A stretch of DNA of 64,000 nucleotides. Origin: a virus. The stretch is taken from IMG/VR virus record IMGVR_UViG_3300020470_001965; one strand, 5' to 3'. Below the pieces are notes generated by a model. That model saw only the letters and a program-made list of their open reading frames with translations. It was not told the origin of the DNA and did no database searches. Below, one piece after another: positions 30,401-45,400 of this stretch. Each line of letters begins with the position of its first letter. The first letter of the stretch is position 1. The translations under genes were made by a program, and so were the position numbers.

Positions 30401-33400
30401 CCGATTCTTAGACGCAAAACGCAACGTTGCTAATAATAAGCAAGAAATCATCGATTTCGCTGAAGGAGCGATTGCGGTACAGTTTGAAGACTATTATTTC
30501 CCATCTGACGTTATTACTAACCCTTGGAGTCGCTTCAAGGACGCATATCGCCTAATTCAGAAGAATAAGGCAATGATTGCTGGTATGGCGTTTGATGACA
30601 TGAAGACGCAGTATCCTAGCTCTTCTATTCCTTCAGATTCCAAATGTAAGCGAGATATCGAATATTTAATCGATGCAATCTCGATTGACATGTATGCAGG
30701 TGGAAACCGCTATACACGTAAGTTCTGTCAGCAATACTTCGATGCAAACGGCACCTTTACATACGTTAACGGCCAGAGTGCAGAAACTAAGTTTGCTTAC
30801 GAAAAAGCAGTTGAAAGGATGAATGCTGCTCTTGCTAACCAGTATTCAGGCACAATTAACGCAGTTAACTCTGGAGACTCCTGGACTGCTTATCAAGACA
30901 CTACAATCACTGCTGACCCTTCTCCTGGCGATGATTACGGCACAAACGGTAGTAACACTTCAAATACCGATGCTGCTAACTGCTCAGACGTACAATCAGC
31001 AATTACGACTTTAGGTAACATTGTAGACACTACTCTTACTAATGGTAACTTAGGTGAGCTTCCTGATGAAACAGAAGGCACATATTCACCTCACCAAGAG
31101 AAGTGCCGTCGTGACCTTGGATATTTCGTAGATGCACTTGCTAACGACTTAGGATCTGGTGGTAACTTCAATATAGTCGAATTTACTAAAAAATTCTTCG
31201 ATGATGCTGGTGTTCCTTTAACTAACGGTATTGTTGGTGAAGAAGCAGAAGCAGTCCATGCTTTCACTCAAGCAGGTGAATTATCGAAACGTGCCATCAA
31301 TAACTTGATGTATTGGAAGGATCTAAGTGGTATTGGATATAACCTTAATGATCCTACTACTTACACTGGTGGTACTGCTCCTGCTCATCGTTACGATGCA
31401 AACTACGATACAGGTAATAATCAGGATATTGCTAACTGTGCAAACGTTAAGACCTATATTGACACTTTAAGTGGTATTGCAACAACTGCAATGACTGCTG
31501 GTAACTTAACCAACATTAATGCACTTGCTAGCATCACAGACGGCACATTCCAAGATGGAGAGACCATCAGGACGATTAAACTCGCATATAAGGATAAATC
31601 CACTGGATTGTTTGCTACAGGCGATTCTATCAAGGGTGTAACTTCTGGAGCGACTTGTGAGTCAATTGGTGCAAATAGCGGTCTTAAGTGGATATTTACG
31701 GGTGCTATAACTGGTACATTCCAAGCAAACGAATATATCACTAATTCCACTTTATCTGTCCAAGGTGCTGTTACACAGTCAGTAATCGTTAAAAAGGCAG
31801 AATTAAGTGGATCTAAGTCAATTTACATTCCTGCTGCTGGATATCTGAATGCTGCTGATAGTTACGACTTTAATTTCGGAACTGGCGACTTTACAGTTTC
31901 TGGTTGGTTTAGACCTGCTGTAAACGTTGGCACACAACATTTATTTGATTTCCGTCGTTTAAGTGCTGCTGAAGGACTTAATATCAGATTTGACGGTCAA
32001 CAACTTAAAGTATACAATGGCACAACTTTAGGTATTAGTAGTGGTAACGTATTCGCTAATACTGGTGAATGGTATCATATTGAGGTTGTTAGGTCTTCTA
32101 ACGTTACTCAGGCATATGTAAACGGTGCTCAGGTTGGTAGTAACTGGACTGACAATAATGACTATGCTTATGCTCCTTGTGCAGTAGGTACATCATTCCA
32201 GCAATTACAAGGTTGGACAGGTCATATTGATAACGTATATGTTAAGAAGGGAGTAGCAGACCATACTTCTGGATTCACTCCATCTAACATCTTTGACCCA
32301 GATGCTGTTGATATGGTATTGGGATTAGATGGTGAAGCACCATTTGTTGTCTCTACTACTTCTGTATATGCTAAGTATACTGGTCAGAATACATCATCTG
32401 CTACTGCTAAGAAAGTTGATTATGATGAAAGAGACATCATCATTGAGGATGTTGACCTAGGTCGTCAGGAATACAGAAACTGTGCTGATATTCTTGACCT
32501 TAATGCTGCATGGATTGCTGAAGAAGCAGTCGGTATGATGAAGGCTACGTTTAGTGACTTCACTATTCGTGGTGACGATCCTGCTTCAAACTTCTACGGT
32601 GGTACCAATACATGTATAAGAGATACTAAGGACTATATCCTTGGTGCTATGATTAAAGACCTTCATGAAGGTGGAAACTATCATACTCTCTATACTGCTA
32701 GGACTTATCTAACTGCTTCAGGTAAATTAGACCATATTGAAGAAGAGGTACTACAGGCACTGTATACATGGGATAAGGTAATTGACCTTTGCAACCTAGT
32801 CCTTACAACTACAAGCACAGACCTTTCTGGTACATATACAACTAAATTAAGAATACCTAATAACTTCTCTACTCCTGCATCACAGGCAGTACAGGATTAT
32901 ATCACTCAATTAGGCACAGACCTACTTGAAGTTGTTGCTCCTAAGGATGTTAGGTTTAGGGATTCTGGCGTATTAATCTGGAAGAATAGAGATTATATTG
33001 CAGAAGAGACTGCTGAGTATATTCAGAACAAGTATCAGCAGACAATCAATTCTACAACATATGACTTCCTTGAGATGCCTGGATATGGACAACCATATTG
33101 TGAGAGGGACATCAAGGATCATATACTACCTGCTGTAATTAATGACCTTGCTACAGGTGGTACATATCAGACACAAGCTGTCATAGACAATTATCTTGAT
33201 AGCAACCAAAACATCCTTCATGTTGAGCATGAAATTAATCCAATGCTCGATGCTATTGATTTTGCAAGGATGCTTTGCTTAAAGGCAATTAACAACTTAC
33301 TTCTATCACCAGGTGAAGTTGCTGCTGAGTTGGGTGCTCCTGCTCAAATGCAAGATGAGTATTACACACCTCTATACACAACTAATACTGCATATAGAGA

Positions 33401-36400
33401 TGATACAATCGTAATTGACCCTGAAGGATATCCTCAGACAACAAGGACTTCTAATGACAGATACCTTGATGCTGTTGAAATGATTCAGACTAACAAGCAC
33501 GTTATTGCTAAGGAAGTTGTTGCAATAATGAATGACTTGTCTAAGTTTGAAGGACTCAATATTCCTGGTGGAGCAATCAACTGTGAAGATGACGTTATTG
33601 ACATGATTGACTCAATCAGTCATGATATACAGTATGATTGTAACGAGAAGACATACGATGCAGCAGCATTGTATATTGAGCCTGAAGATAACTCACTGAA
33701 GCATATCGAAGGTGAGTGGGAAGCATCTATCACTGTTGTGAAGATACTTCGTGATGTCTGTGCTTTGACTATGCGTAATGCATTTGGTAGGGACTACCAT
33801 GATGGTGGTGAACCTGATATCAAGCCAGTTCAGACTTATGAGCAGAATCCAAGAGAGACAGTCTATAAATTATGTGGAGATGCTATTGATGGAAACATAC
33901 GCTATATTGCGGAGCAAGCGGTTGCAGCAGGAACTAAGCAATTCCCTTCTCTTAACATCCCTGGCGGACCTATTAACTGCGTCCATGACGTTACTGATAT
34001 CCTTAGGTCATTAGTATTCAACTTGAAGTATGGTGGTAACAACATGCTTCAGTATGGCACAGAATACTATGTTAACTCTGGTGGTAACCTAATTCACGTA
34101 ACCTCACAGTCTACAGAGTCTGTCTGGATAATGAATAAGGCAAAAGAGTTTGCTATTCGTGCTATGAAGGACCAGGTTATTACTAATGATGCTGGTCATA
34201 GCGTTGGACAGAGATTCTATGATGCAGTTCCTAAGCCTACTAACCAACTATTAATATCTGAGCCTGCTGGTACTGGACAAGGTGCTGGTGGTGGCGGTGG
34301 TATAACAACCACTATGAATAATATTGTTACTAGAGAATTTGACTTTGGTGACACATTAATATCAACTACTGACAGCTCTGTTGGTTTGGTACCTGATGAG
34401 GATGCTGTATTCCGTTGCATCACCACTCTTCCAAGTGGCACACCTACAGATTGTACCCTCTTTGAATGTGGTAGTGCTTCATCTGGTGTTTGGTTTGGTA
34501 TTAGAGACAATGGTACATATCTGAGACTACGTGCAGGTACTGCAACTCAGTCTTATGCTGGCGGTGCTTCATATACTTCTGATACTGGTCTTGCAATGCT
34601 TGACTTACAAATCAGTAGTCTATCAACATACTTTGATGGTGGAGACCATGAATTAGTTTGGGAAATCAGAGTTGGTGGCGATATTGGTACTGGTCCAGGA
34701 CGTGTTAAGTTGTGGATTGATGGTGTGCCAGTAGGTGAAGCGGTTACTCCTGGTCTTAACAGTGTTACTGGTTTGACTGGTGGTCAAGGAATGTTTGCTG
34801 ATGCCAACTACGGTGGATTCGGAATGTCATCAACAACATGGCCTTCAGGTGAGCCTGGTGCTAAGAATGTATTTACTGTTAACGTTGGTGCTACACCTAA
34901 GATTGCATATGATGTTTCTCATGCTGATTATGATGCCAGCACTGGTGACTTAGTACTTAATGTTGGACATCATGACTTTACTAATAATACTAAGATTCAA
35001 CTGAAGACTAACTCTTTAATCTTCACTTGTACTCAAGACGACAACGCAACTAATCATTCTTATCCTAGGTCTGGTGACCCCGCAGGTAATACTGCTGTAG
35101 ATATTATTGATGTTGGAGTCGTACCTTTCACTGCAACTGACGCTGCTTACGACCCCAACAGTGGCATCATGACAGTGACAGTCCCAAGTCACAACTTCGC
35201 TGATTCAACAACCCATACAGCGTCTGATGCCACTTACGATCCTAACACAGGGATACTCGAAGTGACCGTCAATAATCACGGTTTCAAGACAGGGGAGCAG
35301 GTTAAGATTCATCAAGGGTCATTAATATTCACTTGCTCACAAGATAATCATGCTTCTAAGCATGGATATCCAAGGACAAAGGATCCTGCTGGAGACCAGT
35401 GGTTAGCAATTGAAGAAGTAACCATGCACACCTTTAAGGTGCAGGTTGGTCAAACTGCTAAGAGAGAATATGATGTATCTGATGCAACATATGACCAAGC
35501 AACTGGTGAATTAAAATTAGAAGTTGGTAATCATAACTTCGTTGAAGCAACACAACATATAGCAACTGATGCTGAGTTTACCGCTAAGACTGGTATGCTC
35601 AAGATTCATTGCTCTCAGCATGGATTCGGTAATGGTGACCAAATCCTGATTCAGGATGGATCCATGACATTCACTTGCTCAATGGATAACCATTACACCA
35701 ATCACGTTTATCCAAGGTCTACTGACCCTGCTAGTGAGAAGTGGTTATCTGTAGAGAATGCTACTGAAGATTCATTTGAAGTTAATATAGGTGAATCTCC
35801 TATCAAGCACTTCACACCAACAGGTGCTTCTTATAACTCTGCTACTGGTGAGATGACCCTTACTATAGGGACACATACCTTATCAGTTGGCACACATATC
35901 AAGATTGCAGGTTACTCTCTAAACTTCACATGTGCAATGGACAACTATAAGTCCATCCATGCATATCCTAGAGTAACTGACCCATATCATAATGAGCCAA
36001 TGGCAATTACTGCGGTAACTGCTGATACTATCACAGTTAACGTTGGTAGCACCCCTCAGGTCAATCATACACCTACCGATGGTGATTACGATCCATTAAC
36101 AGGTGACATGGTATTACATATTGGCAACCATGACTTACGTCCTATTACAAGGTATCCAGTATCTAATGCGTCTTACAATCCATTGACAGGATTGATGACC
36201 ATCACATCTGTTGCACATAATATTGGCACAGGTGACATGGTTAAGATTAGACCTAACTCATTAACCTTTACATGTGCTATGGATGGTAATTCCACCGAGC
36301 ACTCATATCCAAGACTTACTGACCCTGTTGCTGGACAATGGTTACCAGTAACTGGTTCTACTGCTGACACATTTGATGTCAATGTCGGCATGTCTCCTAG

Positions 36401-39400
36401 CGTTAACTACACACCATCTGCTGTCTCCTTTACACCTACTACAGGTGATATGGTGATGACACTTGGTAATAACTGGTTACGTGCTCCAGAGACACATAAG
36501 CATACCAACGCTGCATATGATCCTACTACAGGTATCATGACATTAACTGTTGCGGATCATGGATTCGCTAATGGTGACAGAGTTTGGATTGCTTCTAATT
36601 CTATTAATTTCAATTGCACCTTAGACGGTGGATTCAGTGAGCACCGTTATCCTCGTGCTTCTGACCCTGCTGGTAACAGATTCCTTACTGTTACTAACAT
36701 TACTAAGGATACATTTGATGTCCAAGTCCTAGATGTAGTACCTTCTACTAACCAGTCTGCTCATACATTCATTCCTGAGCAAGGTATTACTCCTACTGGT
36801 GCTACTTTTGATACTGCAACTGGTATCATGACTATCACTTCTGGCACTCATCATCTACAAGATGGTGACTACATCAGAATTGCTGATGGTGCTGTAACCT
36901 TCCGTTGTGATGAAGATGGACAAGCATCTGACCATGCATATCCAAGAGCAACAGACCCTGTAAGTGGTAAGTGGATACAGGTATTCAATACAACTAATAC
37001 TAACTTCAGTTTCCAAGTATTAGAAAACGTCCCTTGCACAAATACAACTACTCACGTATTCCAGTCTGCTGTATCTAACAGTATTGAGAGAGGAAATATT
37101 ATCAAGGGTGGTGAAGCACTTAAGGTTCAAACCAACTCTCTCACATTTACATGTGCTCAAGATGACCACGCTACCAACCACACATATCCTAGGTCTACTG
37201 GATCTAACTTCGGTGGTAACAGTGGTGCTGACCCAGTATATGATAAGGCAATCCCAATTAAGCATGTCGGGACTACTAAGCATACAGTAACTACAGGTGC
37301 TTATAATCCTTCTACAGGTGTTATGACACTAACCGTGCCTAATCACGGATTCATAACTCATACACCAATGACAGCTACTGACGGTAGTTACAACCCTGCT
37401 ACAAGTGTTATGACACTTAAGGTTGGTAACCACGGTCTAGTTGAAGGTGACAGAATTATGATTACTGATGGTGGTGTTACATTCAGATGTGATAAGGATG
37501 ATAACTCTACTACTCATACATACCCAAGATCAACCGACCCTGTATCAGGTAAGTGGTTAACTGTTTCTAACGTAACCTCTGATTACTTTGATGTAACTAC
37601 TGGTCGTTTCTTCGGTCATAATCAAATTACTAGCGATGCAGTCCACACCTTCAGCTCAGGAGCACAAGGTGGTATTTGGAAGGCAAATGACAAGATTAAG
37701 ATGGACCCTGAGTCTATCACCTTTAGATGTGCTAAAGACAACAACAATACCAATCATGCGTATCCTAGAAAGTCTGACCCATCTCATCATGAGTGGTTAC
37801 CTATTTCTAATGCTAATCAGAATACGTTTGATGTCCAAGTCGGACGTTCACAAGACACTTCAGTCCACCAGTTTGTATCCGCAAAACCAAGTGGAGTTGA
37901 AAGACCTGACGGCACCATAACACTTCATGTTGGTAAGTCTTCTAATACTACTGAGCATACATTTGTAAGTGCTGCTACTGGATGTATCCAAACAGGTGGT
38001 AACCATATTCATTCATTCGTTGCTAATAATGCTCTAACACCTACCAATGCTGGTTACAACCCCAACACAGGTATCATGACCTTGACTATTAATGGTCACG
38101 GTTTGATTGATGGTGACAGGGTTATGTTGAATGACGATGCAATCGTATTCCGTTGTGATGAAGACGCACAAGCATCAGACCATGCTTACCCACGTAATAC
38201 CGACCCATCTAGCGGTCAGTGGTTACCTATTCAAAATGTAACTGCAAATACATTTGATATTAAAGTCCTATTCGACGTACCTTCTACTAACGTAACAACT
38301 CACGTATTCCAGTCTGCTGCATCGAATAGTGTTAATGTATTTGCTGTATGGAGAGAAGGAGATTCAATCAGAATTGACGATGATTCACTCATCTTCACTT
38401 GTGGTATGGATGGACATTCTACTAACCACACATATCCTAGAGGATCTGGTTCTAACTACTCTGGTGATATAGCAACCACAGCTGGTGCTGACCCATACTT
38501 CCAGAATTCCATTAAGATTCAAGATGTAACCCGTGTTAGAAAGACAGCAACTAACGTTGCTTATACTCCAGACACAGGTGTAATGACCATCACTCTTGGT
38601 GCATCTCACGGTGTGTCTAATGGAGACAGAATTAAGATTGCTCCTTACTCAATCTCATTGAAATGTGAGAAGGACAACTATGCTACTGAGCACAAATATC
38701 CACGTCCTACAGACCCAATGTTTGACCAGTGGTTGACAGTTTCTAATGCTCAAGCAACTACTATAGATGTCAACGTAGGTCTATCTGGTGCTAACGATAG
38801 ATTTGCACATACCTTCCACTCTGCTGATGCTAACGGTATTCATCATCAGTCTGGTAAGATTCGTGTCCACGTTGGTAAATCTTCCAACACTTCTGAGCAC
38901 AGATTCGTTGGTGTTTCTGGATTACAACCTGTAATTGCTGGTGGTAACTACGCTCACGCATTTGTAAGTGCTAACTCTGGTGCAGTCCACACAGGTGGTG
39001 ATTACATTCATAAGTTTGTTTCTGCTACTCATCTAACTCCAACTAACGCAACATATAACCCAACAACAGGTATCATGCAGTTGACTGCTGCTGACCACGG
39101 TTTAGTTGTTGGTAGTTACATCAAGATGGATGAAGGTGCTGTAACCTTTACCTGCACACAAGATGGTGATGCATCTTATCACTCATATCCAAGGTCTTCC
39201 GACCCAATGAATGATACATGGATGAAGGTACTTGCTGCAACTGCTACTACATTTGATGTCCAAGTATTAAACAACACTCCATCTACAAATACTACTGCTC
39301 ATACATTTAAGTCTGCTGGTAGAAACAGTGTTACTCTTGCTTCCTTTACTAAAGCAAATGATACTGTATCTCTAAGACCTGATGGATTAGTATTCACCTG

Positions 39401-42400
39401 CACTAAGGATGGTAATGCTACTGAGCATTCATATCCTAGAGTAACTGACCCTGCATATAACGAGTCACTTAAGATTCTTGATTCTGGCATCTCACAACAT
39501 ACCCCAACAGGTGCAACATATACACCTTCCACTGGTGTATTACAACTTACTGTTAACAACCATAACTTTGCTAGTGGTGACAAGATAATGATTGAGGATG
39601 ATTCACTCCTCTTCACTTGCACAATGGATGATAACTCTACTGCTAAGGCATATCCAAGAGGATCTGACCCAATCAGTCGTCAGTGGAGAGATGTTACTAT
39701 TGTTAATAGCAATACAATTAGTATTAATGTTGGTACTACTGCTAATACCACTAAGAATGTCTTAGATGCTTCTTATACTGCTACCACTGGTAAATTAGAG
39801 CTTAACATTGGTAACCATGACCTTAAGTCTGGTCAAGCAATTAAGTTGGCAGACAACTCCTTGACATTCACATGTGACATGGACAACCATGGTTCTCAGC
39901 ATACCTATCCTAGAACCACAATTAATCAGTGGACAGCAACTGGTGCAACATATAATGGTAATAGTGGTTATATGACCCTGACGGTTAACAACCACGGACT
40001 AGATGACGGATCACTCATCAAGATAGATGATAATGCTTTAACCTTCCGTTGTGACTTTGATGGTAATTCCTCAGACCATGACTATCCACGTGCTTCTGAC
40101 CCAATTAGCGGTAACTGGACTAAGATTAAGAATACAACAACCAATACATTTGATGTATTCGTTGGTAAGTCACCATTCGTAGGTTGGGATCCACAAGACG
40201 TTGATTACAACCCAACTACAGGTGTAATGAAGGTTGTTATTGGTACTCACAACCTTGCAGTTGGTGAGAAGATTTGGCTCGCTGAAGAATCATTCACCTT
40301 CACATGTGCTCAAGATAATCATCAGACTGACCATAAGTATCCTCGCTCTTCTGACCCATCATTTAACAGTCCTGTAGAAATAACTGCTGTAGAAGACGGG
40401 TCAATATCATTCAACGTATTATCTACTACACCTTCTACTAATACCACAGCACATACATTTAAGAAGTCCAAGGGTATGACACCTACTGCGATTTCTTACA
40501 GTCCTGCTTCTGGAGCAATGACTGTTACTGTTGCTAATCATGGCATGGTAAATGGTGAAGTTATTAAGATTGAAGACTTTGGATTAACATTTACATGTGC
40601 TAAAGATAGTCATGCTACTGAGCACGTATATCCACGTCCTACCGACCCATTCAGCGGTAGATGGATGGAGATTTCTAGTGTAACAAATGATACATTTGTA
40701 GTTAATGTATTAGATGATGCACCTTCTTCCAATACTTCTTCTCATACATTTGTTTCTGCTAAGGCAGGTTGCATCATTAGAGGTTCTATCAGGACTGGTG
40801 GTGCATACACTCACTCCTTCCAGAGTTGTGCTGCTAACGGAATCAAGCAAAAGCGTGACAGAGTATATGACCACTCAATCACTATTGAGTCTGTTGGTGA
40901 TGCTACCTATACAGCGACTGCTGCTGCATATACTGCTTCAACTGGTTTATTAACACTAACAGTTGCTAACAACCCATTCTCCAATGGAGACCATATCAAA
41001 CTAGCAGATAATTCTATTATCTTCACTTGTGATATGGATGGCAATGCTACTCAGCACTCATATCCACGTCCTTCCGACCCTGCATCAGGTAAGTATCTTG
41101 AGGTATCTAATGTATCTGGTAACGACTTTGATGTTAATGTCGGAGCAACTGCTGCTGCACCATACAATGTAAGTGATGCAACTTATGATCCTACTACAGG
41201 TGAAATGACACTGGACATTGGTCCTCACCCATTCGATAGTGCTTCTCAGCATACAGTAGAGAATGCAACATATAATCCTTTAACTGGTTATATGACTATC
41301 CATCTCAACGATCATGGATTCGAGATTGGTGATAGAGTCCACTTCGCTCAGGAGTCTATATCATTCAGTTGTCAGATGGACAACTACATTACTAACAAGG
41401 CATATCCTCGTGCTACCGACCCAATGGCAGAAAGGTGGCAGGAAGTTGAGAATGTCACACAACATACATTTGATGTATATGTTGGATCAGATCCTCTCGA
41501 AACTTTTAATGTAACTGCTGCAACATATAATCCCACAAGTGGAGATTTGGTACTAACCATCGGTGACCACCATCTTACAGTGGGCGAAAGTATAAAACTG
41601 AAAACAGAATCATTAGTATTCACTTGTGACTTTAACGGTGATGGCAATACCACTCAGAAAGCATATCCTCGTGCAACAGGATCATCTGCTGTAGGTAACA
41701 ATGGTGCTGACTATGTTTACAATACTGCAATCACTATTACTGCTGTTACTGCTAACACAATTACTCTGAATGTTAACGGTGGTCAAGGTGCTATTACAGA
41801 CACTACTGCTCACAACTTCGTCTTAACTGCTGCCTCTACTGGTGCAGTAATTGCTGGTGGATATCATCCACATACATTCTCAAGTGCTGTTGCTAACGGT
41901 CTTTACAGGTCACATCAATCTGTATACCTAGTTGCTGATGGATTATCATTCAAGTGTAATCAGGACAACTTCTCTACTACTCACACATATCCACGTGCTG
42001 CTGGTGTTACTACTTCCACTGTAACTGCTGCAACTTACGATCCTACTTCTGGACACATGAGGTTGACAGTCACTGGACATGGTTATAACAATAATGACTG
42101 GATTAAGATTGCTGATAACTCACTGACATTCAGATGTCAGCAAGATAGTCTAGGTAGTGACCACACATATCCTCGTAGTACTGACCCAGTTAGCGGCAAG
42201 TGGATTCAAATCCGTAACGTAACTACTAACACATTTGATGTCCAAGTCTTGAAGGATGTCCCTTCAACTAACGTTACTGACCATGTATTCCAGAGTGCTT
42301 CTGCTAACGGTATTACACATAAGAAGGATCCATATTATGACACTGCACTTCCTATCAAGTCAGTAACTGGATCTACAATTACTATTAATATTGGTAAATC

Positions 42401-45400
42401 TTCTAACACCTCAGTCCACCAGTGGGCAGGTGGAGTATCAGTTGGTGCTGTAACAGGTGGTGGTCAATATACACACACCTTTGTATCTGCTGTTGCAGAT
42501 GGTATTCATTGGAAGGATTCTACTATCGTTATTGACGTTGGTGAATCACAAGCACACAGCTGGACACCTACTGCTGTATCCTACGATCCTTCTAACGGTG
42601 AAATGACCGTTACGGTTCCTGGTCACAATATACAGTCAGGTGACAAGTTAAGACTAGCAAGTAAAGGTTTCACCTTCCAGTGTAATCAGGATAGTTATGG
42701 ATCAGATCACAAGTATCCACGTCCTAATGGTTACAGTGGTGCAACTGCTGATGACCCTGCATACGATGATAGAGTCACAGTAGCAAGTGTTAGTGGAGAT
42801 GACTTCGTAGTTAATGTTGGCACATCTTCTAATACAACTGCTCACCAATGGGTAAACACAGTATCTAACGAGACTTATACCCCAACCAGTGCATCTTATA
42901 ATCCTGAAACAGGTAAGATGAATATCAGCATTCCTGCTGATACTAAGGATGTTAGCACTGCTACCTACAACCCAACTACAGGTGTCTTGGAAATGACCAT
43001 TGGGTCACATACCTTGACTACAAGCGATAAGATTAAACTGAAGCCTAATTCACTGTCATTTACATGTGACTATCTGGGTGATGGTAATGCAACTGTTAAG
43101 ACATATCCACGTGCAAATGGTGCGGAGACTTCTACTGGTGCTGACTATGCATACGACACAGTATTAGACATTACTGCTGTTAGTGGTACCACTATTACAG
43201 TTAATGTTAACGGTGGTCAAGGTGCTGTTACAGATACCTCTGCTCACACATGGTCTGGTGGCACATCAACTGGTGCTGTAATCGTAGCAAATGACTTTGC
43301 TAACGGTGACTTCATCAAGATTGTTGATGGCACATTCGTATTCACATGTGATAAAGATAATAACTCAACCAACCATGCATATCCAAGGTCTACTGACCCC
43401 TCTAGTGGTAGATGGTTAGAGATATCAAACTGGAATGGTGACACATTTGATGTCCAAGTCCTAGATGTAGTACCTTCTACAAACACCACTGCTCATACAT
43501 TCGTATCCATTAGTGGATCCAATGGTGTTAGTAGGTCTATGATTACCTCAGGTGGTAACTATAGTCATACTTTCGTATCTGCTTCTGCTGGTGCAGTTAA
43601 GGTTGGTGGCGACTTCACTCACACATTTGACTCTGCTAAGACTGGTTGTCTACACAGACAGAATGGTTGGATTACTCTTGACGTTAAGGCTGCTGCCTCT
43701 GCTGACCAGTATGCACATACATTTGTCCGTGCTGTCGCAGGTGCTTTAATCGGTGGTGGTAATTATAGTCATACATTTGTATCTGCTGCTACTAACGGTA
43801 TTGAGAAAGCAAACGAATACATCTATATCGATGAAGGCTCTATCCATATGACATGTGATAGAGATGATAATACTTCAATACATGCATATCCTAGAGCAAC
43901 TGACTTTGCTGGAGATGAGTGGTTAGCAGTACATAATACTACTTCCACAACATTTGATGTAATGATTGGTAAGTCCTCTGACAAGACCAAGCATCATTTT
44001 GTTGCTGCTGATTTACATGGAATTAAGAAACAAGACGGCACTATTACTGTTAACGTTGGAATAGGTGGTGTTGGAAATAGATTCGCTCACACCTTCGTAA
44101 GTGCTATCTCTGGTGCAGTCATCAAGGGTGGTGACTACAGACACACATGGGTAAGTGGTGCTGCAAATGCTATCACTGTTGTTGATAGTGGATTACAACT
44201 AACACCTACAGATGGTTTCTACGACCCTGTATCTGGTGACCTAACACTTACTGTTGCTGGTCATAGTCTGACTCAGAATGATAATATTACTCTCGCTCCT
44301 GGATCTGTTGTATTCACTTGCACAAGTGACCAGAATGCAACTAACCATGCATATCCTAGAGCAACTGACTTTGCTGACGGTAGAATATTACCTGTCACTG
44401 CTGTCAACTCCTGGGCATACCCAGTATCTACGAAGCTTTCATACTATAGAAGTCGTCTTGTAGACTACAACTATACAGGTACAGAAGCTGGTAACGTTGA
44501 GGGTGAGATAGCATCTCTAATTCAATTCGTAACTGATGGTATCCAGACTCCTGGTATCGTCAATGGTAGGTCATATACAATGCCAATCTGTTGGCCCGTT
44601 AAGTATACCGATGATGTTGTTGTAAGAGACCTATCTGTTACTTACGATACCGCAGGTGGTGGACAAGATGCTAACGGCACATGGAATCAGACATGTATGG
44701 AAAGTGCATCTGCACTCAGCACATTGACTGATATCTTTATCAATACTATTCAGGAAGCAGCAGAGAATCAAGTTAATTACTTAACTGCTAGTGTAACTAA
44801 GACATTCCCATTCAATAGTAATACTAACTATCAAGCAGGTACTTGCTACGATTGCACATCAACTGCTGATACTCTCTTTGATATCATGTTGCATGCCCTT
44901 GGTGGTGGTGCTACTAACAGTAAGAGAGTTTCCAACATATTACTGTTTAACACACAGTCTATATGTGGTAGGTCATTTGATGAGACTGTTGCAACGTATC
45001 CAGGAACCAACCTCACTATTGACTTTGCTCAGGATGTCCTCAAGGCAGTCCGTTATGACTTGGTAACTGGTGGTAATGCTGGTGCATTCAAATTATCTCA
45101 GACATGGTTTGACGGTGAAGGTAACTTCATTGCATTCCCAACCGTAACTAGGTCTCACATCCTATTCTGTCTAACCAGAATTAGAGAGTATATTAAGAGT
45201 GTCATGTATCTCCATACTTCTGATGCTGTATGGTTGAACTATGATGTATACATCCCAACAGATAGATTCGAGTGGAATCAGGAAGCTGTTGAATTCATGG
45301 TTGACTCTTCACTCAACCCAATTGAGTATGCATTAGAAAGGTCTACATTCGCTACTGAAGCAAGAGTAACCTTCATCCCATCTACTGATGTTGTTAACCT

